Shown here piece by piece: positions 28,394 to 38,905 of a stretch of 64,000 nt of DNA. Each line of letters begins with the position of its first letter. The first letter of the stretch is position 1. The position numbers and the translations under genes were made by a program. This DNA is from an uncultured Phycisphaeraceae bacterium (GTDB taxonomy: Bacteria > Planctomycetota > Phycisphaerae > UBA1845): positions 11,077 to 75,076 of the forward strand of contig CAZBRD010000016.1 of the NCBI GenBank assembly GCA_964494205.1, read 5' to 3'. The notes beneath the pieces were generated by a model. It saw nothing but the letters and a program-made list of their open reading frames with translations. It was not told the DNA's origin and did no database searches.

Positions 28394-30322
28394 CTATTTC
28401 ACTTCACTCTTGGCACCGGCTGCCGACGCCGTAGTTCCCATCAACTCGCGCAGGATCGACTTGGTTGCCTCAACATTGTGCAACGGACCGGCCTTGCGCA
28501 ACGCCTCCAGAACTTCCCGCCCATGCGCATCGGTCCTTGTCTCCGCCTGCCGCAACAATTCCTCAACGTCACTCTTCCACGTTGTGAGCATGCCCTTGTA
28601 CTTCGCCTCCTCATCCTCATGGCATTCCATGCACAGCCCGTCGATGGCCGCCAACGTCAGTTTCTTCGACACATCGTGGCAACCGTCGCACGTGACAATC
28701 TCAGCCATCGGTTCCGCATCGCGCTTGAACTTCTCGAACCCGATCAGGTTTCCGTTGCGAAACGCTGTGGTGGCCGCATGACAACCGTCGCAGGAGTTCA
28801 CCGGCGCAGACCCGCCCGTGTGACACTCATTGCATCGCAGCGTCGCGTGAACGCCTTCCAGTGGCACCGGGTGTGTGAACCCGCCGACCTCGACACCTTT
28901 CGCCCCGCCGGCCGCGGGCACGATGAACTCATGACAGGCAGAGCATTCATGCGTGATCGCGACACCCTTGTCATCCACGTGCTTCCCCTCATGGCATCGA
29001 AAACACCCGGGGTAAAACATGTGACCAATATTGTTCGGATACGACTCCCACGACGCATTCATCGCAGGGAAAATGTTCGACGAGTAAACCGATTGCCCCA
29101 TGGCCACTAATTGATCCACGTCCTTCGCGCGATCGGTCGCGATACCCGCGTGGTTCTTCTGATAAAACTCCCTCAACGAGGTATCGATACTCTTCAGCGC
29201 CTCATCCTTCGTGGCATAGTCTTTGGTCAATGCGCTTACCATCTCGCGCTTGGCGAACGGCATCGTTTGCAGTGCGGGGTGAACATCCAGCGCCTTGTTC
29301 ACCGCGCGGTCCGGCGGGTGGAAAATGTGCGTCGGCCGATTGTGGCAATCCATGCAGTCAATGGTGCGATGCGTTCCTTCCGGAGGTGCTTCCGTGTGCG
29401 CTTTGCCGTCCGATCGAAACACTCGCTTCTCGCCCGTGTTGTGGTTCACCATCTGCACCCACGGAATCACCTGCAAATCGTGATCCGTAGCTACGTATTC
29501 CACCGAGAATCCCTCCGCCATATGCCAGTGGATTCCAGACGGCGGGCCCATGCGCGGATCGCTGCCACCCGTCTTCAGCAACATGCGAAGTTGACCACGC
29601 GTGTTGGCTTCATCCGACGCGTAGTGATTCTGCGTCACCAATTGATCGCCATAGAACCGTGAAGGCCAATGGCATTGCCCGCAGGTCTCCGTCGCAGGGC
29701 GCAACTCGTGAATCGCAGGCGGTATCGGTCGCGGAAACGAACCTCGCGCCACCGCCCACACCTGCCGCAATCCCGACAGTTTCGCTTTCACATACCACGT
29801 GGCGCCCTCGCCGATATGACACTCCGCACAATCGACGTGTGCGTGCGGCGAATGCTGATAGGCGGTGTACTGCGGCTCCATCACCTCGTGGCACACCTTG
29901 CCGCAAAACTCGTTCGAATCGGTGTAGTGATAACCGCGATAACTCAGCAGCCCGATGATCGGAAGCGAACCCAACGTCGTCGCCGCCCCCAGGCTGAGCA
30001 CCCGCCGCTGTCGTGGGTCGTTGAAATCAATGCGCGGCAGGTAATAAGCCGTCGCCTTGATTCCCTCGCGCAGGTGTTTCCTTCGCGCCACCCACAACCC
30101 GATCGTTATCATCAGCAGCCCGATGACCAAGATGATCGGGAAAATCAGGTACGTGAACACGCCCAGATACGGGTTGGGATTCGGCGCGAGCAGATCAAAG
30201 AAAAGAAAGCTCAGGAGAAAAAGCGTCGTAACCCCGCTGATCAATCCGCCGGCCACCGTCAGCGAATTCCGCCACAGGTGTCGAATGTTTTCACCAACCG
30301 ATTGAAGAGGTGTTGTTGCCAT
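28394..30322 (-). CDS. Membrane-anchored multiheme cytochrome c (NapC/NirT-like N-terminus, 10 heme motifs)
   Basis: 3 N-terminal TM segments; YTDSNEFCGKVCH (CX3CH) plus 9 CXXCH motifs. Confidence 0.92.
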   Translation of the reverse strand: MATTPLQSVGENIRHLWRNSLTVAGGLISGVTTLFLLSFLFFDLLAPNPNPYLGVFTYLIFPIILVIGLLMITIGLWVARRKHLREGIKATAYYLPRIDFNDPRQRRVLSLGAATTLGSLPIIGLLSYRGYHYTDSNEFCGKVCHEVMEPQYTAYQHSPHAHVDCAECHIGEGATWYVKAKLSGLRQVWAVARGSFPRPIPPAIHELRPATETCGQCHWPSRFYGDQLVTQNHYASDEANTRGQLRMLLKTGGSDPRMGPPSGIHWHMAEGFSVEYVATDHDLQVIPWVQMVNHNTGEKRVFRSDGKAHTEAPPEGTHRTIDCMDCHNRPTHIFHPPDRAVNKALDVHPALQTMPFAKREMVSALTKDYATKDEALKSIDTSLREFYQKNHAGIATDRAKDVDQLVAMGQSVYSSNIFPAMNASWESYPNNIGHMFYPGCFRCHEGKHVDDKGVAITHECSACHEFIVPAAGGAKGVEVGGFTHPVPLEGVHATLRCNECHTGGSAPVNSCDGCHAATTAFRNGNLIGFEKFKRDAEPMAEIVTCDGCHDVSKKLTLAAIDGLCMECHEDEEAKYKGMLTTWKSDVEELLRQAETRTDAHGREVLEALRKAGPLHNVEATKSILRELMGTTASAAGAKSEVK

Positions 30323-30418
30323 GTGTGATTCCTAGGTTGGCCCTACTTAGAAAATCGTACCAGAGGACCGCGAGTACTGACGCCATCCATTGCCTGTTGC
30401 CGATCGGCTAATGCCGAT

Positions 30419-30534
30419 GGGTGTGTAACAATACCTCCCTCTCCCTCTTAGACGAAGAGCGACCGATTAGGGAGCACGACGGGGTTGGGGTGAGGGTCTC
30501 TTTGGAATTAGGCTCCCGTTCTTGTTTCAGGCTC
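30419..30534 (+). mobile_element. MITE-like element, family B long form
   Basis: About 83-bp core nearly identical to 44535-44616; right end AGGCTC-TAA as in the 44531 copy; left end degenerate. Confidence 0.7.
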
Positions 30535-30605
30535 TAATGCTAATGCCAATTGCTTAATGCCTACCGAATCAAATGATCCCACAAAAACGCGCTTCCGTAA
30601 AAACC

Positions 30606-30640
30606 AAAAGCCCCCGGCCGTTGATTCGACCAGGGGCTTT
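30606..30640 (-). terminator. Rho-independent terminator after the CHRD gene
   Basis: AAAAGCCCC...GGGGCTTT stem; T-tract on the minus strand. Confidence 0.7.
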
Positions 30641-30695
30641 CGAAAACTTCGGATCGTCGACCAACTCACCATTGCGCGAATTGGCTCACATAGAA

Positions 30696-31301
30696 CTATT
30701 CGTCATCATCGGGAAAGAGAATCTGTCCTCGAATCTCGCCGGTCGGGTTATTCTCGGTGTGCAGGTTGACGTACAAGCCGTCGGCGAACAAAGCCGCAAC
30801 TGCATCTTCAACTGAGATCGTCTCAGACGTTGATTCCAGGTCCCACACGCCGTTGATCGTCACCATATCGTCCTGCTGCTGCACGAGATCGGTGAAGTTG
30901 AACACGATCATTCCGTTCTCACCCAACGGAGCCATGTGGAAATGTGCGCCCACGATTGTTCCCGACAAGCCAGCCGCGCTGATTTGGAACGTGACCTGCG
31001 TCATGGATGCATTCAAGAAGAGCGCCGCCGCGCCGACCGCTTCGGTTTCGACCGGTGCAACCTCTTGGCCTCCCGAAAGCTCAGCCACAAACGAAGCGCT
31101 GGGCTCTTCATCGCCGTTTTCGTTTACGTTCTCGCCGGTATTCTCATTGACGTTTCCGCCGCCGGTGTTGTCATTCGACTGGTTCTCATTCTGATTGGCA
31201 GCGGTGTTGTCGTTGCCGGTCGGTGCGCCCGGCGTGCATCCCCACACGCTGATCAACAACCCCGAAAACAAAGTAAGCAAACTCGCACGTGATGCTGTCA
31301 T
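30696..31301 (-). CDS. CHRD-domain lipoprotein
   Basis: LSGGQEVAPV, GAHFH and LYVNLHTENNPTGEIRGQI motifs; lipobox VWGC; Asn-rich linker; GGAGGA RBS. Confidence 0.9.
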   Translation of the reverse strand: MTASRASLLTLFSGLLISVWGCTPGAPTGNDNTAANQNENQSNDNTGGGNVNENTGENVNENGDEEPSASFVAELSGGQEVAPVETEAVGAAALFLNASMTQVTFQISAAGLSGTIVGAHFHMAPLGENGMIVFNFTDLVQQQDDMVTINGVWDLESTSETISVEDAVAALFADGLYVNLHTENNPTGEIRGQILFPDDDE

Positions 31302-31452
31302 AAAGTCCTCCCTGAAGGAAAATGCGTAACTCTGTAGATCCCTGTCCGCGCTGAAACCTATTATCCACCCCATGTCGATTCCCGCAACCGCCCTTGCGAG
31401 CCGACAAGTTAAAGCGCCAGAGCTTTCTAGATTACCAATAACAATATTGACA

Positions 31453-32775
31453 CTAGTCGCGTGGCTTTGATCGAGGTTTCTCTTCAATCGCTTCCAATCG
31501 CACGCAAGCATCCCCGTTGTGCAATTCAACCCGAATCGACCGCCGTCCTGCGAGAATATCATCGAGCATCACGCCCACTGCCTCGCCGCGCCATCCAGTG
31601 AGCAGTTCAACGTCAGCCTGCTGAGTCTTGTTGCCTTTTCCACGAGACTTACCTGAACTCGTCGGGGCGTCTGCGTCTCCTGCCACTGCTCGGGCTGATG
31701 CAGGTGTTTCGCCTTGCGAACGATGCCTGATCAATTCCTGAATCGACCGCTTCGTCGCCACCAGGCTGTAAGCGATGTTCTGTTCGAGACAATAGCTCCT
31801 TAGTACAGCCGTCATCAGCGAGATCAGCGCCGTCTCGCCCGGCGTCTCGATCTCACGATGTTCCACATCGTTAGACTTCTCCGCCGGCTTGGCCATTGTT
31901 TCTTTGACCACCTGCGCCAGCGAGACCACGTCGCGATCGCCCAAATTGATCCCGCGCAAGTGGCGAATCTCGTCGCGCGTCGTCAAACCCTGCCTCGCGA
32001 TCTCAACCAGCAGATGATCCTTGAGCAGAATCCTCGCCGGTCGGTTGTACTTCTTGGCGACTTTGTCACGCCATACGACCAACTCCCGCGCAACAGCCAG
32101 ATGCTGCCCACGCAACGCACCGACACCTTTCAATCTCCGAACCCGATCCTCATCTTCTTTCTGATAGAGCGACATCACCTCGAACTTGGCAAACTCTTCA
32201 TGCGCCCAGGTGATTCGCTTTCGCTTCGTGAGCTGCTGAACCAGTTTCTTGTGCGCCGCGGGCAAATAGGCCACATCCTCAGCCGCATAGCGAATCTGCT
32301 CCGCCGTGAGCGGTCTACGTCGCCAATCGGTCAACGTCTTGGATTTGTGCAGTCGGATGTGGAGTATCGATTGCACAAGCTTCTGCAGACTGAGCGGATA
32401 CTCGATTCCCACCAGCCCAGCCGCGATCTGCACATCGAACACGCGCTGCGGCACCGTATTCGAATGCTGCACGCACAAGGCGAGGTCCTCCTGTCCGGCG
32501 TGGACGATCGTCTCGATCTCGTCGTCGTGAATCAGTCGCCAGATGGGGTTGAGGTCCAGCCCGAGGTTGGGGTCGATGATGACCACGCTCGATTCGGTAG
32601 CCGCCTGAATCAGACAGAGGTCCGACTGATAGCGGTCCTCCATCACGAACTCGGTGTCAAAAGCGAAGCGGCCGAGCGTGCGCACCTCAGCCGCAAATTG
32701 ATCAATCTGATCCTGTGATTCCACCAGGAGCGTTTCAGGGACTTCCTGTCGACGAGGTGCGGCTTGTCGTTTCAT
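31453..32775 (-). CDS. rnd: Ribonuclease D (3'-5' exonuclease plus HRDC)
   Basis: AFDTEF, LCLIQ, HAGQEDL, FDVQIAA, TDWRRRPL..EQIRYAAEDV and LLTGWR motifs. Confidence 0.93.
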   Translation of the reverse strand: MKRQAAPRRQEVPETLLVESQDQIDQFAAEVRTLGRFAFDTEFVMEDRYQSDLCLIQAATESSVVIIDPNLGLDLNPIWRLIHDDEIETIVHAGQEDLALCVQHSNTVPQRVFDVQIAAGLVGIEYPLSLQKLVQSILHIRLHKSKTLTDWRRRPLTAEQIRYAAEDVAYLPAAHKKLVQQLTKRKRITWAHEEFAKFEVMSLYQKEDEDRVRRLKGVGALRGQHLAVARELVVWRDKVAKKYNRPARILLKDHLLVEIARQGLTTRDEIRHLRGINLGDRDVVSLAQVVKETMAKPAEKSNDVEHREIETPGETALISLMTAVLRSYCLEQNIAYSLVATKRSIQELIRHRSQGETPASARAVAGDADAPTSSGKSRGKGNKTQQADVELLTGWRGEAVGVMLDDILAGRRSIRVELHNGDACVRLEAIEEKPRSKPRD

Positions 32776-33069
32776 CGGCGATTCGAATCTCCACCGGAAC
32801 ATCCTGTCCCGGCACTATTGGTATAGCGGCTAGGTTGTTGTATCCCTAGAGCGGTTTGTCTCCGACATTTTGGATCATGCTCAAAGCGTTATGTCGGCTT
32901 ACCCCCAAGACATAATGTCAATCGATTTCCTAAGCTTGTAAACCCTTAAACTAAAACCATGTTTCGACGCCGGGCTCACAGACAATGCAAGGGCTTGGCT
33001 ATAATGCCCATTCAGATACAATACTCGCAAGTTTTGCGCTAGTCGGTTTAAAGCGAATTGAGAGACTTC

Positions 33070-35670
33070 ATGGCAGACACCCCGCAGCCGTTTCAGGAGA
33101 ACATTGTCGACCATCTGCTGGTCGATGAAATGCAGGATTCCTACCTCACCTACTCGATGAGCGTCATCATGTCGCGCGCCCTGCCCGACGTGCGTGACGG
33201 CCTGAAACCCTCCCAGCGACGAATCCTCGTCGCCATGAACGACCTGAACCTCACCCCCCGCGCGCAAACCAAGAAATGCTCCAAAATCTCCGGCGATACC
33301 AGCGGTAACTATCACCCGCACGGCGATGCCGTGATCTACCCCACCCTCGTCCGCATGGCCCAGCCCTGGAACATGCGCGAACCGCTCATCGATGGCCAAG
33401 GCAACTTCGGCTCCATCGACGGCGACCCACCCGCAGCCATGCGTTACACCGAAGCCCGCATGACCGAGGCGGCCGTCGCGCTGCTGGACGATCTCGAATT
33501 CGAGACCGTCGATTTCGTTCCCAACTACGACAACTCGCGCGAAGAACCGACCGTTCTGCCCGGCAAGTTCCCCAACCTGCTCGTCAACGGCACCACCGGC
33601 ATCGCCGTCGGCATGGCCACCAACCTCGCCCCGCACAACGTGGGTGAAGTGTGCGACGCACTGCTAGCCTACATCAGCAAGCCGGAAATCGAGCTGGCTG
33701 AATTATTGAAGATCATCCCCGGACCTGACTTCCCAACCGCAGGCCAGATTTGCGGCCGTCGCGGCATCGTCGATGCCTATTCCACCGGTCGCGGCAGCGT
33801 CACGATTCGTGGCCGTTGCCATGTCGAAGAGAGCAAGACCGGCAAGAAGACGATCATCATCGACGAAGTGCCATACACAGTCCTCCGCAGCACGATCGTT
33901 GAAAAAGTGGCTGCCGGTGTCAAAGCCGGGCACATCAAGGATGTGTCGGGCGTCAACGATGCTTCCGATCGCAAAGCCAGCGTCCGCATCGAAATCGATC
34001 TGAAGCGCGACGCCAACGAAGAAGTCGTCATCAACCAGCTTTTCGAATACACGCCACTTCAGTCGCAGTTCCACATCATGAACATCGCGCTGGTCGATCG
34101 CCAGCCGCGTACGCTCACGCTCAAGGAAATGCTGCGGCTGTATGTTGAGCATCGCAAAGATGTCATTCGTCGTCGCACGTCGTTCCTGCTGCGCCGCGCG
34201 AAACAGCGAGCGCACATACTCGAAGGTCTAATCCTCGCGGTAGGGGACATCGACGAGATCATCGCGATTATTCGCAAGTCGCCCGACCCCAACGCCGCGC
34301 GTGCCAACCTCATGGCCCGTCCGCTCAAGCTCGTCGAGCACGCGCAACTGCGAAAACTGTTGCCGAAGACGTTCGTCGATCGTTATTCCACCAACGTGCA
34401 TCACCTGACCGCCGTGCAGGCGAACGCCATTCTCGCGATGCAGCTTCAGAAGCTCACTGGCTTGGAAATCGAAAAGCTCGCCGGCGAGTACTCAAAACTC
34501 GTCGAAGAAATCGAAAAATACGAAGCCATCCTTCGCGAAGAGAAACTTGTTTTGAACATCATTCGCGAAGATCTCGCAGAGCTGAAGAAAAAGTTCCCAA
34601 GCAAGCGCAAGACGGAAATCGTCGAAGCCGTCGGCGAATTCCGCATGGAAGAATTGATTCCCGACGAGCAGGTCGTGGTCACGATCTCGCGCGAAGGCTA
34701 TATTAAGCGCACGGAAGTCACCGAATACCGCAAGCAAGGAAGAGGCGGAAAGGGTGTTCGGGGAAGTTCCGCCAAGGAGGGTGACTTCCTCGAACACCTG
34801 TTTGTTGTCTCCACTCACGATTACTTATTGGTGTTCACCGACCGAGGCCGCATCTACTGGGCCCGCGTCTACGACATCCCCGATATGAGCCGCACCTCTC
34901 GCGGTCGATCCATCGCCAACCTCCTGCAAATGCAGGACGGCGAGTCGCACCGCGCGATTTTGCCCGTCAAGCAGTTCGAAGAGTCCTACGTCTTCTTTGC
35001 GACTGCCAAGGGCACCGTCAAGAAAACACCGATCGCAGCCTACAGTCGCCCGCGTCCCAGCGGCATCATCGCGATTGGCCTCGACGCTGACGATCAACTG
35101 ATCAACGTCGAGCGCACCACCGGCACCAACGAAATCGTTCTCGGCTCGCGCAACGGCATGGCCGTTCGTTTCGACGAAGCCAACGTGCGCGCAATGGGCC
35201 GCAACGCACACGGCGTCCGCGGCATGAGCCTCGAAGAGGACGATGCGGTCGTTTCCATGGTGGCGATCGATGCCGGCGGTTCGCTGCTCACCGTCTGCGA
35301 AAACGGTTACGGCAAGCGCACCAGCATCGACGAATACCGCAAAACCAAACGCGGCGGCAAAGGCGTCATCAACATCAAGACCACCGAGCGCAACGGCAAC
35401 GTGGTAGCCATCCGCGCCGTCGTTGACACCGATGAACTCATGCTCATCACCGCCAAGGGCATGATGCTCCGCACCGATCTTTCCGCCGTCCGCGAAATCG
35501 GCCGCGCGACCCAGGGCGTCCGCCTCATCAAGCTGGATGAAGACGACAAAGTGGTCGCTGTCGCCAAGCTCGCGCCGGAAGATGAAGTTGCCGAAACCCC
35601 AGAAGGCTCAACCGGGGCTGAATCGAGCCCGGAAGGAAATGGCCCAGGCGAAGCTACTCCGCAGGATTAA
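33070..35670 (+). CDS. gyrA: DNA gyrase subunit A
   Basis: [28 protein letters not shown] (catalytic Tyr), GyrA box QGRGGKG and C-terminal pinwheel repeats. Confidence 0.98.
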   Translation: MADTPQPFQENIVDHLLVDEMQDSYLTYSMSVIMSRALPDVRDGLKPSQRRILVAMNDLNLTPRAQTKKCSKISGDTSGNYHPHGDAVIYPTLVRMAQPWNMREPLIDGQGNFGSIDGDPPAAMRYTEARMTEAAVALLDDLEFETVDFVPNYDNSREEPTVLPGKFPNLLVNGTTGIAVGMATNLAPHNVGEVCDALLAYISKPEIELAELLKIIPGPDFPTAGQICGRRGIVDAYSTGRGSVTIRGRCHVEESKTGKKTIIIDEVPYTVLRSTIVEKVAAGVKAGHIKDVSGVNDASDRKASVRIEIDLKRDANEEVVINQLFEYTPLQSQFHIMNIALVDRQPRTLTLKEMLRLYVEHRKDVIRRRTSFLLRRAKQRAHILEGLILAVGDIDEIIAIIRKSPDPNAARANLMARPLKLVEHAQLRKLLPKTFVDRYSTNVHHLTAVQANAILAMQLQKLTGLEIEKLAGEYSKLVEEIEKYEAILREEKLVLNIIREDLAELKKKFPSKRKTEIVEAVGEFRMEELIPDEQVVVTISREGYIKRTEVTEYRKQGRGGKGVRGSSAKEGDFLEHLFVVSTHDYLLVFTDRGRIYWARVYDIPDMSRTSRGRSIANLLQMQDGESHRAILPVKQFEESYVFFATAKGTVKKTPIAAYSRPRPSGIIAIGLDADDQLINVERTTGTNEIVLGSRNGMAVRFDEANVRAMGRNAHGVRGMSLEEDDAVVSMVAIDAGGSLLTVCENGYGKRTSIDEYRKTKRGGKGVINIKTTERNGNVVAIRAVVDTDELMLITAKGMMLRTDLSAVREIGRATQGVRLIKLDEDDKVVAVAKLAPEDEVAETPEGSTGAESSPEGNGPGEATPQD

Positions 35671-35824
35671 CCGAGAACGTTTGTAACAAACCGCCTGAAC
35701 GGCTGTTACAATTAACCCTGCTCTTGCCCAGCCACTCCGCCTGCCGAATAATACTGCATCGGAACGCGCGGTTTTCCATACAATGAGCTGGACAAACCTG
35801 ACTGCTTCCTAAAGGAGATTGACT

Positions 35825-36223
35825 ATGACGCGCATGAAATCGACTCTATTCATCTTGGCCTTTGTCGCCGTCACATGGGGCACAACAAACCCAGTCCGCG
35901 CTCAGTCAATGCCCGGCGTCAATCCTCCCGGCACCACAGCCTTAGAAGACGCAGGCGGCGGGGCCGTTCGAGGCCGTTCACCCGGCAATATGGTTCAGGA
36001 AGGCGTAGCTCGCCATCAGGAATTCACGGATTTCGACTTCGGCATCACCGAAGAACCAGCTCCATCACCCCGCGCCGCCGCACTCGTCGAAGTCTTCAGC
36101 ACGCTTTTCGAGGAATTGAACGCCGCGATCGAAGCTTTCACCGCGTTACTCATCGCACGCAGCGGCGGTAACCCATTTACATCGTCGTCCTTGGTCTCCG
36201 GTTTTCTGAACAATAACAGCTAA
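35825..36223 (+). CDS. Hypothetical secreted protein
   Basis: AAGGAG RBS; signal peptide ending VRA. Confidence 0.65.
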   Translation: MTRMKSTLFILAFVAVTWGTTNPVRAQSMPGVNPPGTTALEDAGGGAVRGRSPGNMVQEGVARHQEFTDFDFGITEEPAPSPRAAALVEVFSTLFEELNAAIEAFTALLIARSGGNPFTSSSLVSGFLNNNS

Positions 36224-36554
36224 GTGGGTTGTTTCTCTTACCTGCCAAAAAATAAGGTCCCGTAGCGATCCGGGTGCCTTAGCACCCAACACCTTCTTGA
36301 AAACCTGAACTGCGCCTGATCGCATTAAGTCACCGGAAGAAGAGCAGCCGGACCGGTTATAGGACTCAGCCGCACTTTCCCATCGCGCCCGAACTTATCT
36401 CCTCTTTCCGCTTGGGCGATCCAATAACAACAAGCGCAAAACCCCGCTTCTTCTAGTTGGGGAAATGTCCGCGCCCAAAGTCGGATTTGGATTCGCGTCC
36501 GTCCACGTCCACAGAAAGGTCCCGAGAATCGTGGCCAGTACAACGACGTCATCC

Positions 36555-37841
36555 ATGCATCCCGCCATTGCGCGCACCACGCGCTATGCGGTCCTTTTCG
36601 TTCTCGTTGTCTCTGTGCTCGCCTTCAGCATCGCCGGCGAACGTCTCGCCAACGACCTCAGCGTTCAACTAGCGGGCGAGCAGGCGCGACTCCTCGCCAT
36701 CGCTATGCTGCCCGACGCGGACGGCGGTCTGACCACGTCCTTTGAACGCATCCACTCACAGACCGATCGCCTCATCGCCATCGGCACCCTCGACGAATCG
36801 GGCACCGTGAAAGCTGTCTATCCCGACGAAATCGCTTTTCGCTCAGCCGTCTCCGCAGCCACTCGACAACAAAGGCCACTCGCCGCCAGCGTCGAAGTCG
36901 ATGGCGTGTTTCAATCCGCGTGGATCATGCACGACAACGTCGTCGGCGAAGACGGCACAAACATACCCGTCGTATTCCTGCTTCGCCGCCATACCCATCT
37001 AGCCGGTTGGGCGCTGATCTCTACGTCCATCGCAGCCGTTGTCGTCGTCCTCGCGCTCGGCGTCAGCCGCCTCACCTCAAGATGGTTCGAAAGAAAAGTC
37101 GTCCGCCCGCTGCGCAACCTCGCCGGCCTGCTCGAACACGGCACACCCATCGGCGACAAGAACGGCAAGCACATCAACGGCGGCTGGGAGGAAACCGAAC
37201 GCATCGCCACTCGTCTCGATGAACTCTTGCAGGAGCTCGAAGAAAGTCGCGACCGCACCGCCCGCCTCGAGCGTGCCAAGCAATGGGAAATGCTCAAGAA
37301 AGAAGAAGGCTTCAACTCTCAGCTTCGCCGCGTGAAGACTCAGGCCACCACCGACCAGCTCACGCAGCTACGAAACCGCGCCTTCCTCGACGAGAGTCTC
37401 ACCACCATCGTCGAGCATCAGCGCGAAACGGGCGAGGACATGACCTTCGTCATGATCGATATTGATAACTTCAAACACCACAACGACACGCGCGGTCACG
37501 CTGCCGGCGACGAAGTCCTGCGATTCGTCGGCCAGTTGCTCCGCGGCGCAATCCGCCCCGTCGATCACGCGATCCGCTACGGCGGCGACGAGTTCACGCT
37601 GCTCCTACTCGGCGCGAACGAGCGACAGGCCACCTCCGTCGTCGAGCGTATCGTCAAAATGTTCGCCCAATACGCCTCGCGCTTTTCCTCAGCCAAGCCC
37701 ATGACCATGAGCGCGGGCGTCGCCACCCTCGACCAGATCAAATCCGGCGACATAGAGAAACTCATCACCGCCGCCGACGAAGCCCTCTACACCGCCAAGA
37801 GCAGAGGCAAGAACACCGTGGCCGCCCACTCCGTCGCGTAA
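36555..37841 (+). CDS. Membrane-bound diguanylate cyclase
   Basis: 2 TM segments, coiled coil, DQLTQL, DIDNFK, RPVD I-site and YGGDEF; start uncertain. Confidence 0.93.
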   Translation: MHPAIARTTRYAVLFVLVVSVLAFSIAGERLANDLSVQLAGEQARLLAIAMLPDADGGLTTSFERIHSQTDRLIAIGTLDESGTVKAVYPDEIAFRSAVSAATRQQRPLAASVEVDGVFQSAWIMHDNVVGEDGTNIPVVFLLRRHTHLAGWALISTSIAAVVVVLALGVSRLTSRWFERKVVRPLRNLAGLLEHGTPIGDKNGKHINGGWEETERIATRLDELLQELEESRDRTARLERAKQWEMLKKEEGFNSQLRRVKTQATTDQLTQLRNRAFLDESLTTIVEHQRETGEDMTFVMIDIDNFKHHNDTRGHAAGDEVLRFVGQLLRGAIRPVDHAIRYGGDEFTLLLLGANERQATSVVERIVKMFAQYASRFSSAKPMTMSAGVATLDQIKSGDIEKLITAADEALYTAKSRGKNTVAAHSVA

Positions 37842-37970
37842 CCTCGCCTCGACACCTTCTCTCTCGGATTGTGAATTTCAAATTGGCAGGTTACGCTCCA
37901 TCACGCCTATGTAAGCCGAGTGAATAGTTGAAGCGGATGGAGAGGTTTGTTATTTGCGATCACGTTTCAA

Positions 37971-38011
37971 TCCCTCTCCCTCTTAGGGAGAGGGGCAGGG
38001 GTGAGGGTCTC
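37971..38011 (+). repeat. Family B palindrome, short form
   Basis: TCCCTCTCCCTCTTAGGGAGAGGGGCAGGGGTGAGGGTCTC. Confidence 0.8.
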
Positions 38012-38064
38012 CGTATGTCGTCAAACTCACGCTTTCAATTGTCTCGCGCCTGCAAACAAAGCTA

Positions 38065-38799
38065 ATGAAAGACAGCGCCAATTCAACCCGTCGCAGCTTC
38101 ACCGCCTTCTTTCCCTGCTACAACGAGGAAGCCAACGTCGAGCGCGTCACGCTCGCCGCCGTCAAAGCCTTCAGCCGTGTCTGCGACGACTACGAAGTCA
38201 TTATCGTCAACGACGGCAGCAAGGACCGCACCGGCGAGATCGCCGATCGGCTTGCGAATGAAAATCCCCACGTCCGCGCCGTGCACAACAAACCAAACCG
38301 CGGCTACGGCGGCGCGCTGCAGCGCGGCTTTCGCGAAGCCACCAAGGACTTCATCTTCTATACCGACGGCGACGGCCAATTCGACTTCGAGGAAATCGAC
38401 AAGCTGCTCCCCGTGCTCGACCAATACGACATCGTCAGCGCCTATCGCATCAACCGCCAGGATTCCTGGGTTCGCAAGCTCAACGCCTTCTGCTGGGGCC
38501 TGCTGGTCGACGCACTCTTCCGCCTGCGCATCCGCGACGTCGACTGCGCGTTCAAGATTTACCCGAAACGATTCATCGATGAGATCGAAATGAAATCAAC
38601 CGGCGCGCTGATCGACACCGAAATGCTCGCCCGCGCTCGAAGGCTCGGCTACACCATCGGCCAAATCGGCGTCACGCATTATCCGCGCACCGCAGGCCAA
38701 CAAACCGGCGCCAATATCCGCGTCATCCTCCGCGCCTTTCGCGAGTTATTCAAATTAAGAAAAGAAATCGTGCGCACGACGCCGAAGCGGAACCGCTAG
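38065..38799 (+). CDS. Glycosyltransferase family 2 (DPM1-like)
   Basis: FFPCYNEE, VNDGSKD, NRGYGGA, YTDGDGQF and DVDCAFK motifs. Confidence 0.93.
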   Translation: MKDSANSTRRSFTAFFPCYNEEANVERVTLAAVKAFSRVCDDYEVIIVNDGSKDRTGEIADRLANENPHVRAVHNKPNRGYGGALQRGFREATKDFIFYTDGDGQFDFEEIDKLLPVLDQYDIVSAYRINRQDSWVRKLNAFCWGLLVDALFRLRIRDVDCAFKIYPKRFIDEIEMKSTGALIDTEMLARARRLGYTIGQIGVTHYPRTAGQQTGANIRVILRAFRELFKLRKEIVRTTPKRNR

Positions 38800-38890
38800 T
38801 CGTCCGGAGGACGATCGATAGTTGCCAGTGACTTCAGTCACTGGATGTGAGTCATCGCCCCAAAATCTCCCCGCCCGGCAGGGCGGACGA
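38799..38890 (+). repeat. Three-hairpin repeat family E (TAGTTGCC subtype)
   Basis: CGTCCGGAGGACG..GATAGTTG-CCAGTGACTTCAGTCACTGG..CGCCCGGCAGGGCG. Confidence 0.7.
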
Positions 38891-38905
38891 ACGCCGGCGC
38901 CATAG

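Noticed and set aside
32977-33005. gyrA promoter (perfect TATAAT at 33000)
   Set aside because: No acceptable -35 or extended -10 at the correct spacing, so not called
36329-36352. SRP RNA-like GGAAG..AGCAGCC motif
   Set aside because: Lacks the CAGG-N-CC-GNRA-GG-N-AGCA arrangement and the enclosing long stem
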